DNA of 64,000 nucleotides from Anolis carolinensis (taxonomy: Eukaryota). Shown here in pieces: positions 62,625 to 64,000 of the stretch (position 1 is the stretch's first letter; each line of letters begins with the position of its first letter). The stretch is from contig NC_085842.1 in the NCBI RefSeq assembly GCF_035594765.1, positions 226,249,747-226,313,746 on the forward strand, written 5' to 3'. Both the position numbers and the translations under genes were made by a program. The notes below the pieces were generated by a model that had not been told where the DNA came from, did no database searches, and worked only from the letters and a program-made list of their open reading frames with translations.

Positions 62625-64000
62625 AAAATGTTTGTTGAACAAAATCTGGAATTTCCCTTTTAAAAAACCCCACCAAAACACATTGATATGTATATAGAAT
62701 TTGTAGAACCAAGAATTAATGAAATACAATTTAGCATGTTACTTTTTAAAAATCATTGCAATTATACAGTAATTTACAAAACTGAGAACTACTGGACTTT
62801 GTCTGTGCATTGTACACTTTAATGCAGTGTCGTTATTGTGTTGTTAATAATATGATAAAGATAGGGAGAAGGGGAAAGTCCTGCACACAACTTCTGAAAT
62901 GAAGAGGATTGCAGTATTCAATGTATTATCCTTTTTTTTAAAAATAAATAACTGAGATAATTCTTTGAATATGTGGAAGTTTTCAATCAGAAGCATATTC
63001 CAGGATAGCTGTGTTAGCTATGCATCTTGCATGTTTTATTTTGTGCATTTTAGCTCCCCCAGTGTCAATGATCTTGTATTTTGAATTGTATTGTAAAATG
63101 AAGCATTATTCTCCACAAGATGGCAGGCTGCACTCAAAATTTACCCTTCTGCTGTATTATTTAAATATTTTTTTCCATTGATGTGCAGGACCTCATCAGA
63201 TGAGATCCCTGATGTAGCCACTATCTATAATAATAGCAATAAGGTGTCAGGCAAATACATGATTTGTTTCCTCCTGAGAGCACCTTGTACTTTGCAGATC
63301 AATGGTTCTCAACCTGTGGGTCACCAGATGTTTTGGCCTTCAACTCCCAGAAATTCTAACAGCTGGTAAACTGGCTGAGTAGCAGCCTTCTTGAGTGATG
63401 TATCAAAAGAGTTGCAGACAGTTTTGGCTGAGAAGGTAACTCACATTTATAAGGGTGGCAAAGTCAGCTAATATCATGTTGCCACTTGAGGAGAAGGGCA
63501 AGAGAGAATCCCCTCTTATTCTTTGTACATAAGTGATCAGCCTTGCAGTCACGTGTTATTATGCCACCTTCTACTGAAGGTGAAGAAGTAGCGTAAAGGT
63601 ATTGGGTAACTTTTATGGAATACACAACTCAGTTCTTCCAACAGTTTCAACTATGTGCCTCTTAGTATCTACTGCCTGAAGCAGTGGCTTCATTGAAGAG
63701 CTAGTCTTGGATGGTGGTCATGAGAAGGCAACCAGGGTGTTTCACAATTCACTCGTGATAATTTGAAGGTGTAATTCAAAGAACTCCTTCTTATGCAATA
63801 TGCCAGACAAACTCAAACATAATTGGGTTATCTCTTTTGACATCTTGCTTTCTTGATGACAGAACACATTATTTGCACCACAAATGCTTCTGTACAAGGA
63901 TTATCTCTCTGTGTCAACTTGCCATGCCTCTTTCACTTACATTTTGTAGAGCTTTCTGAAAAACCTAAACCCCAAAATGGCAAAATCCTGAGGTATGTAT

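Overview
Vertebrate genomic DNA, almost certainly an anole lizard (Anolis-type Sauria SINEs, CR1, Penelope, Vingi, hAT and Tc1/mariner MITEs). The left half holds the conserved TOPORS(-) / SMIM27(+) / NDUFB6(-) cluster; I rebuilt its exons by hand from splice sites, and SMIM27 plus three NDUFB6 exons are absent from the ORF track. Upstream of NDUFB6 there is a complete, phase-consistent 10-exon SUN-domain (SUN3-like, LINC complex) gene on the minus strand (30033-49200, about 351 aa). It is almost invisible in the ORF track, and to my knowledge the mammalian locus has no such gene. Other notable structure: a local inverted duplication whose ~620-bp spacer holds the first TOPORS coding exon; a direct duplication bracketing the large TOPORS exon; an intronless COA6 retrocopy; Penelope-borne minimal hammerhead ribozyme motifs; Helitrons that captured and amplified Penelope sequence; and a second inverted duplication producing divergent CTCF-like motifs. 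Gene names rest on recalled protein sequences, not database searches. Repeat boundaries are approximate unless TSDs or TIRs are given.
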